Assembly (NCBI GenBank): GCA_964406955.1
Contig: CAYOTP010000045.1
Coordinates: 1-14,849, forward strand
Direction of reading: 5' to 3'
Length of the DNA stretch: 14,849 nucleotides
Source: an uncultured Thermoplasmatales archaeon
GTDB taxonomy: Archaea > Thermoplasmatota > E2 > DHVEG-1
Under the pieces are notes generated by a model that worked only from the letters and a program-made list of their open reading frames with translations, was not told where the DNA came from and did not search any database. The translations under genes and the position numbers were made by a program. How positions within the stretch are numbered: position 1 is the first letter of the stretch; each line of letters begins with the position of its first letter. Shown here in pieces: positions 1-8,487 of this stretch.

Positions 1-54
1 AACCGCTGGTGCTGGCTCCAAAGGCCAACGTGTTAACCGCTACACTACAGGGCT
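1..54 (-). tRNA. tRNA-Gln: tRNA-Gln (anticodon UUG), 3' portion cut off by the window edge
   Basis: Reverse complement reads AGCCCTG-TA-GTGT-AGCGGTTA-ACAC-G-TTGGC-CTTTGGA-GCCAG-CACC-AGCGGTT. This gives a 7-nt acceptor 5' strand, a D arm with GG, a 5-bp anticodon stem and a loop C-U-UUG-G-A. The T arm runs off the window. Confidence 0.85.
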
Positions 55-85
55 AATTTGATACCTCTGAGGGATTGGAATTCTA

Positions 86-93
86 TTATATAT
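86..93 (-). promoter_or_regulatory. Putative archaeal TATA box for tRNA-Gln(UUG), with a purine-rich BRE-like AAAGAA just upstream
   Basis: Minus strand reads AAAGAA-ATATATAA, ending 31 nt upstream of the tRNA 5' end. A TATA-like element upstream of the second tRNA-Gln has the same spacing. Confidence 0.35.
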
Positions 94-104
94 TTCTTTG
101 GCTG

Positions 105-111
105 AAAAAAA
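105..111 (-). terminator. T7 tract downstream of glnS (archaeal-style oligo-T terminator)
   Basis: A run of 7 A on the plus strand gives T7 on the minus strand, about 20 nt after the glnS TAA stop and before the tRNA promoter-like element. Confidence 0.35.
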
Positions 112-131
112 CAACCTACGGCAACAATTCC

Positions 132-1814
132 TTAGTTCTTTTGCTGATGTCTAAAATCTTTCCATTTCCCTCGAAGTTCAACAGATCGATTAATGATGAA
201 GTTATCACTCGTTGTATCAGGATCAATGACAAAATATCCATTTCTTTCGAATTGGAATCGGTCAAATGCTTGCAACGAAGTAATATTTGGTTCCACTTTG
301 CAATTTTTCAGTAGTTTTAATGAATCTTGATTGATGAAATCAGTAAAGCTTTTTCTTTTTACCCCTGCAGGGTCTTCAACGGTGAACAATCGATCATATA
401 AGCGTACTTCAGCATTAATTGAATGTTTTGCAGATACCCAATGAAGTGTTGCTTTCACCCGACGGCCATCAGGTGCATAGCCTCCTTTTGTTTCAGGATC
501 ATAGGTGCAATGAAGCTCGACGATGGAATCGTTTTCTTTGACTATATCGGTACAAGTAATGAAATAACCATAGCGTAACCGGACTTCTTGACCAGGTGAT
601 AACCGGTAAAATTTTTTACTTGGATGCTCCATAAAATCAGTTCGTTCGATATATAATGTCTTTGAGAACGGTATGGTTCGTGTTCCTGCGGATTCATCTT
701 CAGGATTATTCACTGCTTCCATCTGTTCAACTTGATCTTCAGGATAATTATCGATGATGACTTTCAAAGGACGTAATACTCCCATGAATCTTGGTGTAAA
801 CTTATTAAGATCCTGTCGAGCGCAGTGTTCTAAAAATGCATAATCAATCAAACTATTTACTTTAGCAATGCCAATCTCTTTACAGAATTGTCTGATGGAT
901 TCTGGAGAAAAACCTCTCCGACGTAATCCTTTTATTGTCGGTAATCGAGGATCATCCCAACCCATTACATAATTCTCATCGATTAATTGTTTCAACATTC
1001 GTTTACTCATCACCGTGTAAGAAAGATTCAACCGAGCGAACTCTATTTGTTGAGGATGGTAAATATCATCAATTTGATCTAAGAACCAATCATATAACGG
1101 TCTATGATTTTCAAATTCAAGGGTACATAATGAATGGGTAATACCCTCGATGGAATCTTCCAGTCCATGTGCCCAATCATATGAAGGATATATACACCAA
1201 TCATCTCCTGTATGATGATGGGTGGCATGGAGGATCCTATACATGATGGGATCTCGCATGTTTAGATTGGGATGTGCCATATCGATCTTTGCACGGAGGA
1301 CCTTTTCTCCATCCTTGAATTCCCCATTTTTCATCCGTTGAAACAATTCCATGTTTTCATCAACAGATCGATTTCGATGGGGACTTTCCTTTCCGGGATG
1401 GGTCAAAGTTCCGCGGAATGCACTGATTTCTTCAGCGCTTAAATCATCAACATATGCTTTCCCTTTTTTGATAAGATGAATAGCATATTCATACATCTGA
1501 TTAAAATAATCTGAAGCGAAATACAATCTATCCTCCCAATCAAATCCTAACCAGCATATATCCTCTTTTATGGAATCGACATACTCCATTTCCTCTTTTG
1601 ATGGATTCGTATCATCGAATCTAAGATTACATAATCCATTGTATTCCTTGGCAATACCAAAATTCAAACAAATTGATTTAGCATGGCCTATATGTAAATA
1701 CCCATTTGGTTCAGGTGGAAAACGAGTATGGACATGGTCGTGCTTTCCTATTTTAAGGTCATGATCAATTATCTCTCTAATAAAATCCCTTTTCTGTCGT
1801 TCTTTCCCACTCAT
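132..1814 (-). CDS. glnS: Glutaminyl-tRNA synthetase (GlnRS), bacterial-type, no eukaryote-style N-terminal extension
   Basis: The ORF is collinear from its N terminus with E. coli GlnRS as I remember it (MS..9 aa..FIRxIIDxDL, [80 protein letters not shown], PTIxGLRRRG, HWVSA, RLYDRLF, FQFERxGYF). It has the class I HIGH and KMSKS-like (VMSKR) motifs. The ATG at 1812-1814 matches the E. coli N terminus. The ORF track extends to an in-frame TTG at 1832. Confidence 0.95.
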   Translation of the reverse strand: MSGKERQKRDFIREIIDHDLKIGKHDHVHTRFPPEPNGYLHIGHAKSICLNFGIAKEYNGLCNLRFDDTNPSKEEMEYVDSIKEDICWLGFDWEDRLYFASDYFNQMYEYAIHLIKKGKAYVDDLSAEEISAFRGTLTHPGKESPHRNRSVDENMELFQRMKNGEFKDGEKVLRAKIDMAHPNLNMRDPIMYRILHATHHHTGDDWCIYPSYDWAHGLEDSIEGITHSLCTLEFENHRPLYDWFLDQIDDIYHPQQIEFARLNLSYTVMSKRMLKQLIDENYVMGWDDPRLPTIKGLRRRGFSPESIRQFCKEIGIAKVNSLIDYAFLEHCARQDLNKFTPRFMGVLRPLKVIIDNYPEDQVEQMEAVNNPEDESAGTRTIPFSKTLYIERTDFMEHPSKKFYRLSPGQEVRLRYGYFITCTDIVKENDSIVELHCTYDPETKGGYAPDGRRVKATLHWVSAKHSINAEVRLYDRLFTVEDPAGVKRKSFTDFINQDSLKLLKNCKVEPNITSLQAFDRFQFERNGYFVIDPDTTSDNFIINRSVELRGKWKDFRHQQKN

Positions 1815-1862
1815 CTTTCTTTCACGTTCCAAATCAATTGATGCTTTTGTTTCAACCTGTAA

Positions 1863-1934
1863 CAGCCCCGGCCAGATTCGAACTGGCGACTAGAGATCCA
1901 GAGTCTCTTATGTTAACCACTACACCACGGGGCT
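1863..1934 (-). tRNA. tRNA-Gln: tRNA-Gln (anticodon CUG), complete, 72 nt, no encoded CCA
   Basis: Reverse complement reads AGCCCCG-TG-GTGT-AGTGGTTA-ACAT-A-AGAGA-CTCTGGA-TCTCT-AGTC-GCCAG-TTCGAAT-CTGGC-CGGGGCT-G. All four stems pair, the T loop is TTCGAAT, the anticodon is CUG, the terminal pair is A1-U72 and the discriminator is G. Confidence 0.92.
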
Positions 1935-1966
1935 AAATTTTTTTAGATTCGTCTGCTAGAAACAGG

Positions 1967-1975
1967 ATAATAATT
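1967..1975 (-). promoter_or_regulatory. Putative TATA-like element upstream of tRNA-Gln(CUG)
   Basis: Minus strand reads AATTATTAT, ending about 32 nt upstream of the tRNA 5' end. The TATA-like box of the other tRNA-Gln has the same spacing. Confidence 0.3.
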
Positions 1976-2153
1976 TCACTATTTAATATTTGACATATCT
2001 TCACAAAGATCTCATCAAGTAATTCTTACTTTTTGGATGTAAATCTAGGATGGATTTAGGTTATGATCCCATATCATTAATTCAAGTTAAGATCGGTTGA
2101 GCTTGTGCACATCATTGTTAACATCATTAGTATAGGATAAATAGTTCACTATA

Positions 2154-2162
2154 TTTTTATAA
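2154..2162 (+). promoter_or_regulatory. Putative TATA box for the mre11-rad50 operon
   Basis: TTTTTATAA lies about 45 nt upstream of the TTG start. A GGGGGA Shine-Dalgarno-like element at 2195-2200 sits 7 nt before the start. Confidence 0.25.
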
Positions 2163-2207
2163 CAAGTGTTTGATTACTATTAATGAACGGTTCTGGGGGA
2201 AGATACT

Positions 2208-3572
2208 TTGAAATTTCTTCATGTTGCTGATATTCATCTTGGTCATCGACAATACAATATGAATCTGCGCAGTTACGACATGCATTACTCATTTTTAGCC
2301 ACCATCAGTGAAGGTATAAAAGAATCCGTAGACGCTGCGTTGCTTTGTGGTGATCTTTTCCATCATAAAAACGTAACTGCACAAACATTAAGCCAAGCTG
2401 AACAAGGATTACAACGTTTTTCAAAACATGATATTCCCGTTTTATTTATTCAAGGGAATCATGATGCGAAATTGTACAAGGAAGATATGACCTGGTTGGA
2501 ATATTTACATCGACGGAAAACCGGTATTCTTCTCCAAGCTGATGTGTTGGAATCATCTATTTCTTTTAAAAAATATGATATGAATCATCCGGGGTCTCAT
2601 GCTGGTTTTGTTGATATTGGAAACGTACGACTTTTTGGACTGCAATATTCAGGACAACGAACCATTGAACGGTTAAAACAAATTCCCGATGCAATCGATA
2701 GAATCAATGAGAAATATGGATTAGCAGATTTTACCATTCTTATGGGTCATTTTGGTGTGGAAGGCCATATTCCTGGTATTACCGGCGGGGTTCCTGAAGA
2801 AATGCTCAATTCATTAATTAACTCTGTTGATTATCTGGCCCTTGGCCATCTGCATAAACGCTACAGTGAAAACAACTGGGTGTTTAATCCCGGGTCATTG
2901 GAAGCCCATGATACTCGTGAAGCAACATGGGATCTTGGTTATTATATTGGTGAGATTTCAAAAGAAAATGGTATTCATGCCACTCATCATTATTCAAAAC
3001 GAAGGCCGTTTTACAAAATCATTTTTTCGGTTGATCGATTTCATTCAAAAGAGGAATTAATCCAGGGTTTTAAGCGAAAACTCTCTATGGGGCAAACATG
3101 TTTACATGATGAACAACAACAATCTCATTTTCAAGATGATAACGGTATCAGGCAACCAATCATTGATCTTCGTTTGAAGGGTCAACTTCATTTCAGTAGG
3201 TCATTACTCAATATTGATGAATTGATTCAGTTGGTACAAGAAGCTACTAATGCAGTCAAGGTACAGCCAAGTGATGCAACCGAATCACTGGAAGCTAGAG
3301 ATATCCTTACAGAGATGGAAGGTGGACGGGAAATGATTTTTGATGAAACTGGTCATGTGAACCGAGATCGCTTAGAACAAGCCATCTTCACTATGAAAGC
3401 AGGTGAGGATGATCGATTTAAATCAGAAAAAAATCATGTTGCTAACGTATTACTTGCATTGAAATCGGAACTCTTAGCTGGTGAAAACATTGAAGATGTA
3501 GCTGAAACGTTGCAGAAGAAAAGAAAAGAATTATTTCCCATTGATGATGAACGAATGGAGGATGAGTTGTGA
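2208..3572 (+). CDS. mre11: DNA double-strand break repair nuclease Mre11
   Basis: Calcineurin-like phosphoesterase motifs appear in order: HVADIHLG, CGDLFH (the archaeal/eukaryal Mre11 form), QGNHD, MGHFGVEG, ALGHLH. The acidic C-terminal tail is plausibly a Rad50-binding region. The start is TTG preceded by GGGGGA, and the gene lies immediately upstream of and overlapping rad50. Confidence 0.9.
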   Translation: MKFLHVADIHLGHRQYNMNLRSYDMHYSFLATISEGIKESVDAALLCGDLFHHKNVTAQTLSQAEQGLQRFSKHDIPVLFIQGNHDAKLYKEDMTWLEYLHRRKTGILLQADVLESSISFKKYDMNHPGSHAGFVDIGNVRLFGLQYSGQRTIERLKQIPDAIDRINEKYGLADFTILMGHFGVEGHIPGITGGVPEEMLNSLINSVDYLALGHLHKRYSENNWVFNPGSLEAHDTREATWDLGYYIGEISKENGIHATHHYSKRRPFYKIIFSVDRFHSKEELIQGFKRKLSMGQTCLHDEQQQSHFQDDNGIRQPIIDLRLKGQLHFSRSLLNIDELIQLVQEATNAVKVQPSDATESLEARDILTEMEGGREMIFDETGHVNRDRLEQAIFTMKAGEDDRFKSEKNHVANVLLALKSELLAGENIEDVAETLQKKRKELFPIDDERMEDEL

Positions 3573-6280
3573 AAATCAAATCTGTTTCATTAAACGATGT
3601 GAAAAGTTATGATGCATCTTCTCCAGCGATTTCTTTTCAATCAGGCGTGAATGCAATTATTGGGGAGAATGGATCGGGAAAGAGTACATTATGCGAAGCG
3701 ATTGGTTTTGCATTGTTTGATTTTCTTCACCCATATAGTCAATCTGATTTTGTACGGGAGGGAAAAAAACATGGGAAAGTATCTGTTACGTTTGAATCTG
3801 ATCGGTCCGAAAATGTGTATAGAGTTGAACGAGGAGTGGGCCTTTCAAAATATGATGTGTTTGATGTTAAAAACAATTCAAAAGTATCATTATACGGTAA
3901 AGACGAGGTGTTGTCTTGGTTAAAGGATGAATTAGGTGTTCCTTCATCTTTAGATCTGCAAACATTGTGGAAATCTAGTCTTGGTGTGCCTCAAGGAAAG
4001 TTTACCAATGATTTCGCTGAAACTCCTTCTATTCGCGCACAATTATTTAGTCCGCTTTTGGAAGTCGATGTGTATCGAGATCTTTGGAAACAAATGAAAA
4101 GTGTTACTGATGTGTTAGTTGGAAAAAAAGACCAAATTACACAGCAAATGAGCCGGTTGGAAAGTGTCGTAGAAGAATTACCCAGCTTGGAAAAACAATC
4201 TGCATCGCAAGAAAAACAAATTAATAACGCAACCAAAATCATTAATAGCCTAACATCAAAGATTAAAGAAACTGAACGGAATAAAACAAAATTAGAAACG
4301 GTTCAACAGGAGATTCAAAAAAATACAAATGATTTTCACTTATATCAAGAAAAACAAAAAAATATTAATGATCAAATAGAACAAATAAAACATCAATTCG
4401 AAGAAGCGAAAAAAGCAAGACATCTTGTTTCAAAACATGCTGAAAACTATGAAAAGTATATAGTAAATGCAAAAAAATTAGAAAATCTTTTGGAAAAAAA
4501 GAAGCGGAAAGATGCGCTTGAAAAAAAAGGGATCGATCTAGAAAAAAAACAATCGCAATATCAGGAAAAATTGAATCATTTGCAGAAAGATGTAATGATT
4601 GCAAAAAAAAGTGCGGAAGAAATGAAAACGTTAAAACAATATGTTCAACAGCAAGAAGACCTTGAAAAAAGACTTGATAAGATACGGCAAAAACAAAAAG
4701 AGATGAAACAAACAAAAAAAGAAATCGACCAGGTTAAAGAAAAGATATGTAGACTTCGAAAGGATTTTCAATCGTTACAAAAACAAATCAATCAGATTAG
4801 AGAAAAAAAAGATTTAGCTGAAAAGAAAAATTCATTTCAACATCAAAAAGATGAATTGTTACAAAAACGATCAGTTCTAACTCATAAAAAGGAGGAAATT
4901 GAAGAATCTATTTTGTTATTGCACCATGAAACGGAATCGATGTGTCCTACTTGTAGTCGACCTTTGGATGAAACACAGAAAACTGAACTTATTTCATCAA
5001 AACAAAAAGAGATAACGCATCTATCTAAAGAACAAAAAGAAGTTGAAAAGAGATTAGATTTGATTTCAAAAGAATTACGCAAAGCAAGTCAAGCGGAACA
5101 AGAGGTAAAAAGACTTACAGATTTAGAAACAATGCTAAATACCATTCAAAAGAACGCTGATGAACAAAAACAAAAGAAGGAATCACTTGAAGATACATTT
5201 TCGTCTTTAGAAGTAACAGTTGATACAAAACAGGAAATCAAAGAAAAATTAGATCAATTGAACAATCCAAAAGCAGCATTTCAAAAAGCAAAGGTTCGTT
5301 ATGAAGATCATAAAGAAAAAAAGCAAACACTTCAACAGTTAAGAAAAGAATATAATGCCATTAAAGAGCAAAAGGATGAAATAGATCTAAAACTAAAGGA
5401 ATTTTCTTCGTTGCAACAAGATATTGATCTTCTGGAACAAGACCAAAAGAGAATAAAGCAATCCTATGAACTTTATTTGCAATATAAAGATGCTTCATCA
5501 AAAATCGATTTTTGGAAAAATAAGCTAGATTCATTACAAACGTCTTTTAAGGATATAAGTCGAGAAATAGAAAAGCTTTCTAACGAACTTTTGGTGAAAA
5601 AAAAGGAATTTGACAAGGATAAGCTTGATAAAATTGTGAGTTGTTTTGAAGAGCAAAAACAAGAGTGGATCCGTCAAAAGACTCAGGTCGATGAATGGTT
5701 GAAACAAAAAACTGAATTAGGTGACCGCATCCGTGAAAAAAAGAAGGAAAAGGAAAAATTAAATCATTTGCAGAAAAAGAGTCGACATCTTGGAAAAGAT
5801 ATTGAGTTTGCACAATTCCTTCGAGAAACATATCAAAAAACACGTCCATTGGTTACTGAAATCCTTGTGGAAGAAATATCTAGGGAGGCAGATAGGATCT
5901 ATCGTGAGCTTCGTGGTGTTCCCTCTGAAGAACTTGCTTGGAAGAAAGATTACGAGATTGTGGTGTATGATGGTGGTAATAAACGGGCATTTCATAAGTT
6001 GAGTGGAGGTGAGCAGATGTGTGCTGCATTATCTGTTCGACTTGCTATCTTGAAATTGCTTAGTACGATGGATGTGGTGTTTCTTGATGAACCAACCACC
6101 AACTTAGATGAGGAGAAAAAAGAAAATTTAGTAGCTCAGTTACGAAAGTTATCTGGTTTTTCCCAAATTTTTGTTATCAGCCATGATGAAACCTTTGAAA
6201 GTATGACTGAACATGTGATCACGCTTGAAAAACGAAAAGGATCAACTCAGTTAATGAATCATTTCCAAGGTGGGTTTTAA
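3569..6280 (+). CDS. rad50: DNA double-strand break repair ATPase Rad50 (SMC-like, zinc hook)
   Basis: Walker A GENGSGKST is at aa 32-40. A very long Lys/Glu/Gln-rich coiled coil follows. The central CPTC zinc hook is at 4943-4954 (aa 459-462 of 903). The signature motif is LSGGE, the Walker B is VVFLDEPT and the H-loop is ISHD. The GTG start overlaps the mre11 stop (GTGA), with GGAGGA 6 nt upstream. Confidence 0.93.
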   Translation: MKIKSVSLNDVKSYDASSPAISFQSGVNAIIGENGSGKSTLCEAIGFALFDFLHPYSQSDFVREGKKHGKVSVTFESDRSENVYRVERGVGLSKYDVFDVKNNSKVSLYGKDEVLSWLKDELGVPSSLDLQTLWKSSLGVPQGKFTNDFAETPSIRAQLFSPLLEVDVYRDLWKQMKSVTDVLVGKKDQITQQMSRLESVVEELPSLEKQSASQEKQINNATKIINSLTSKIKETERNKTKLETVQQEIQKNTNDFHLYQEKQKNINDQIEQIKHQFEEAKKARHLVSKHAENYEKYIVNAKKLENLLEKKKRKDALEKKGIDLEKKQSQYQEKLNHLQKDVMIAKKSAEEMKTLKQYVQQQEDLEKRLDKIRQKQKEMKQTKKEIDQVKEKICRLRKDFQSLQKQINQIREKKDLAEKKNSFQHQKDELLQKRSVLTHKKEEIEESILLLHHETESMCPTCSRPLDETQKTELISSKQKEITHLSKEQKEVEKRLDLISKELRKASQAEQEVKRLTDLETMLNTIQKNADEQKQKKESLEDTFSSLEVTVDTKQEIKEKLDQLNNPKAAFQKAKVRYEDHKEKKQTLQQLRKEYNAIKEQKDEIDLKLKEFSSLQQDIDLLEQDQKRIKQSYELYLQYKDASSKIDFWKNKLDSLQTSFKDISREIEKLSNELLVKKKEFDKDKLDKIVSCFEEQKQEWIRQKTQVDEWLKQKTELGDRIREKKKEKEKLNHLQKKSRHLGKDIEFAQFLRETYQKTRPLVTEILVEEISREADRIYRELRGVPSEELAWKKDYEIVVYDGGNKRAFHKLSGGEQMCAALSVRLAILKLLSTMDVVFLDEPTTNLDEEKKENLVAQLRKLSGFSQIFVISHDETFESMTEHVITLEKRKGSTQLMNHFQGGF

Positions 6281-6361
6281 TCAAGGGAATCATTTATAGC
6301 TAATGTTTATCAATCATAGAATTGGTACGTACGAAGAAGATGAGTAATTACCCAACTGCTT

Positions 6362-6802
6362 TTATGGAATGAACATAAATGTACCAAATACAATTCCATT
6401 ACCTGTCCCTGTTGCAGTCACCCCTTCATCATAAGTTACCGTTATGGTTACGGTGAATGTGCCAAAGCCAAAAAAACTGATATCAAAAAAACCCGACACT
6501 CTTTGCCCGGATTCAAGAACACCAATCGTTTCAACCGCTTCATGATAAATCCAGCTTATCCCCCGACAATTATATATCACAAAATCAGTTGAATTTATCT
6601 GATACCCTTGTAAGGAGACATTATGCGCCGGTGCATCACCACTGTTTCTTACCGAGAAAAATATCCCACCCCAAGTTGAAAAATGTGAATCAATCGTAAC
6701 TCTTAAATCTGGGCTAGGGTCAGTGTCAGTTTCAAGTGTTTGTGCAGTACTCAGTGGGAATAACAGCATTAAAAATATCATGCATACGAATAGTTTTTTC
6801 AT
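6362..6802 (-). CDS. Small secreted hypothetical protein, possibly a CARDB/Ig-like beta-sandwich
   Basis: The N-terminal signal peptide is MKKLFVCMIFLMLLFPLSTAQT. The mature part shows a pattern reminiscent of CARDB-type domains (VRNSGDAPAHNVSL ... LESGQRV ... TFTVTITVTYDEG). Its ATG overlaps the stop of the upstream beta-helix gene (ATGA), so it is the last gene of the operon. Confidence 0.7.
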   Translation of the reverse strand: MKKLFVCMIFLMLLFPLSTAQTLETDTDPSPDLRVTIDSHFSTWGGIFFSVRNSGDAPAHNVSLQGYQINSTDFVIYNCRGISWIYHEAVETIGVLESGQRVSGFFDISFFGFGTFTVTITVTYDEGVTATGTGNGIVFGTFMFIP

Positions 6803-7605
6803 AATATGCCTCCATCTATTTCATAGGGCTCATTAGCTGGGTTCCAATCAAAAATAAGTCCAGGTATTGGAATTATAATAAATGAAAAGAGGCCTGTAAT
6901 GGGTTTGAAATTCACATTAATTATCCGCTCCCAATAATTAGCATTGATTACAACAAAATAGACTCCATAAAACCAAAGATGACCTTTATTGTTAATGAAA
7001 TTATTTTCTGTTATTGAATCAAACCTGCAACCATTTAAATATATACCACGGTGAGAACTATTTTCAATATTGTTTCTCATAATTTTTACATTTTCTGTCC
7101 CGGTCAACATAATTCCCACATTATTACTCATCATATGATTCCAAGACACTGAACTATGTGAAGAACCATAGACCACGATTCCAAATCCACAATTACGCAC
7201 AATGTTTTCTTTGATTGTACAAGTACTTGACCTAAAGAGAAACACACCAGCTTCTATCCAACCTATACCACTATGTTGAAACGTAAAACCAGATACGAAC
7301 ACATCGGTTGTCTCAGAGATATACAATGCAGTTCCATCTCCGCCTGCATCTATTATTGTTGTTTCCATATGTTCACCTTGAAGCGTGATGGACTTGGACT
7401 TTATTACCAACTGCTCATAATACAATCCACTATACACAAAAACGGTGTCACCATCACTAGCATTATCTATTGCATCTTGAATACGAGTAAAATCAGCTCC
7501 TCCACCCGCATCGACATAAATTGTTTCATTATTCACTGCGGTAGTGAAACCAATGGTTGAAAACATCAGTGTCAAACAAACAAATACGATACTTATTTTT
7601 TTCAT
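6799..7605 (-). CDS. Secreted right-handed parallel beta-helix (PbH1/NosD-like) repeat protein, paralog A (268 aa)
   Basis: The signal peptide is MKKISIVFVCLTLMFSTIGFTTA. The N-terminal cap IYVDAGGGADFTRIQDAIDNASDGDTVFVYSG is typical of NosD/pectate-lyase-fold proteins. Successive xxNxIxxN/GI turns are present, and the C-terminal tail is FDWNPANEPYEIDGGIL. Confidence 0.85.
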   Translation of the reverse strand: MKKISIVFVCLTLMFSTIGFTTAVNNETIYVDAGGGADFTRIQDAIDNASDGDTVFVYSGLYYEQLVIKSKSITLQGEHMETTIIDAGGDGTALYISETTDVFVSGFTFQHSGIGWIEAGVFLFRSSTCTIKENIVRNCGFGIVVYGSSHSSVSWNHMMSNNVGIMLTGTENVKIMRNNIENSSHRGIYLNGCRFDSITENNFINNKGHLWFYGVYFVVINANYWERIINVNFKPITGLFSFIIIPIPGLIFDWNPANEPYEIDGGIL

Positions 7606-7608
7606 ATC

Positions 7609-8487
7609 TTATATTTCTCCATCTAATTCATAGGGGTCACTAGCAGGGTTCCAATCGAAATTTAACAAGGGGAAAAGAAATACTCGTCCAAAGATGATTT
7701 TTATGTGAGAGTCTCTAAGTTGTGAGTACCAAAAATTATTCGACCAAACATTATGATGAATTCCTTGGAAATATGCACATCTTCTGTTGACGATAAAATT
7801 ATTTTCCGTAATCACATTGTTAACGCCATAGGCGATGTGAACTCCATACACACGATTCCTAAAGATTTCATTTCCTACAATGGTAGAATTCATGGCTGCA
7901 TTAATAAACACGCCTTCAGCATTATCTGAAATAATGCAATCGGAAACAACGTTATCACTGCTACGATGAGAGTTTCCATCTGATGGATAAATCACAATAC
8001 CAAATTGATTATTTAAAGAAATAACACAGCTGGAGACCAATGCATGTTTTGTTAAATCAAGTTCAACACCGCTCCCGTTGTTACGGGTGATAATACAATC
8101 AAAGATACAAGTACTGTAGGAATCATAAACGTATATACCTGCATTACGGATAGCACTGTTTTTTACAGTGAAACCGGAAATATTCACGAAATCAGCATGG
8201 ATACTTATCACATTTCCATTGCCCCCTCCGTTTATAATCGTATCCTGTTTATCTTCACCAGCTAAAGAAATAGATATATTTATCTGTATGTTTTCATAAT
8301 ACTCTCCCCTATACACAAACACGGTATCCCCATCACTTGCGTTATCTATTGCATCCTGTATACGAGTATAATCTGCTCCTCCACCCGCATCGACATAAAT
8401 CGTGTTATTCCCATCTATCGCAGTGGAAAAAGAAAAAACGGGTAATAACAGCATTAAAAATAGTATGCATACGAATAGTTTATTCAT
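7609..8487 (-). CDS. Secreted right-handed parallel beta-helix (PbH1/NosD-like) repeat protein, paralog B (292 aa)
   Basis: The signal peptide is MNKLFVCILFLMLLLPVFSFSTA. It has the same IYVDAGGGADYTRIQDAIDNASDGDTVFVY cap, beta-helix turns and the tail NFDWNPASDPYELDGEI. It lies 3 nt from paralog A and overlaps paralog C by 4 nt. Confidence 0.85.
   Translation of the reverse strand: MNKLFVCILFLMLLLPVFSFSTAIDGNNTIYVDAGGGADYTRIQDAIDNASDGDTVFVYRGEYYENIQINISISLAGEDKQDTIINGGGNGNVISIHADFVNISGFTVKNSAIRNAGIYVYDSYSTCIFDCIITRNNGSGVELDLTKHALVSSCVISLNNQFGIVIYPSDGNSHRSSDNVVSDCIISDNAEGVFINAAMNSTIVGNEIFRNRVYGVHIAYGVNNVITENNFIVNRRCAYFQGIHHNVWSNNFWYSQLRDSHIKIIFGRVFLFPLLNFDWNPASDPYELDGEI

Noticed and set aside
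75-314. 79-aa plus-strand ORF at the 3' end of glnS
   Set aside because: It lies largely antisense to the well-supported GlnRS coding region and spans the tRNA promoter and terminator spacer. It has no recognisable motifs and is a chance ORF.
1815-1832. In-frame upstream TTG starts proposed by the ORF track: glnS at 1832, paralog C at 9872 and the transposase at 12578
   Set aside because: In each case a downstream ATG is the better start. For glnS it aligns with the family N terminus, for the transposase it matches the family N terminus as I recall it, and for paralog C it sits behind a GGGAGA ribosome-binding site and begins the signal peptide. The extensions add non-conserved residues.
3991-5995. 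Several minus-strand ORFs (83, 116, 66, 89 and 78 aa) and small plus-strand ORFs inside rad50
   Set aside because: They are antisense or off-frame shadows of the A-rich Lys/Glu/Gln coiled-coil codons, giving Phe/Leu/Ser-rich low-complexity peptides. The Rad50 frame is continuous and motif-supported.
6281-6361. Possible bidirectional terminator between convergent rad50 and the secreted-protein operon, including the palindrome gtacgtac
   Set aside because: There is only an 8-nt palindrome and no convincing stem-loop or T-tract on either strand, which is insufficient to call a terminator.
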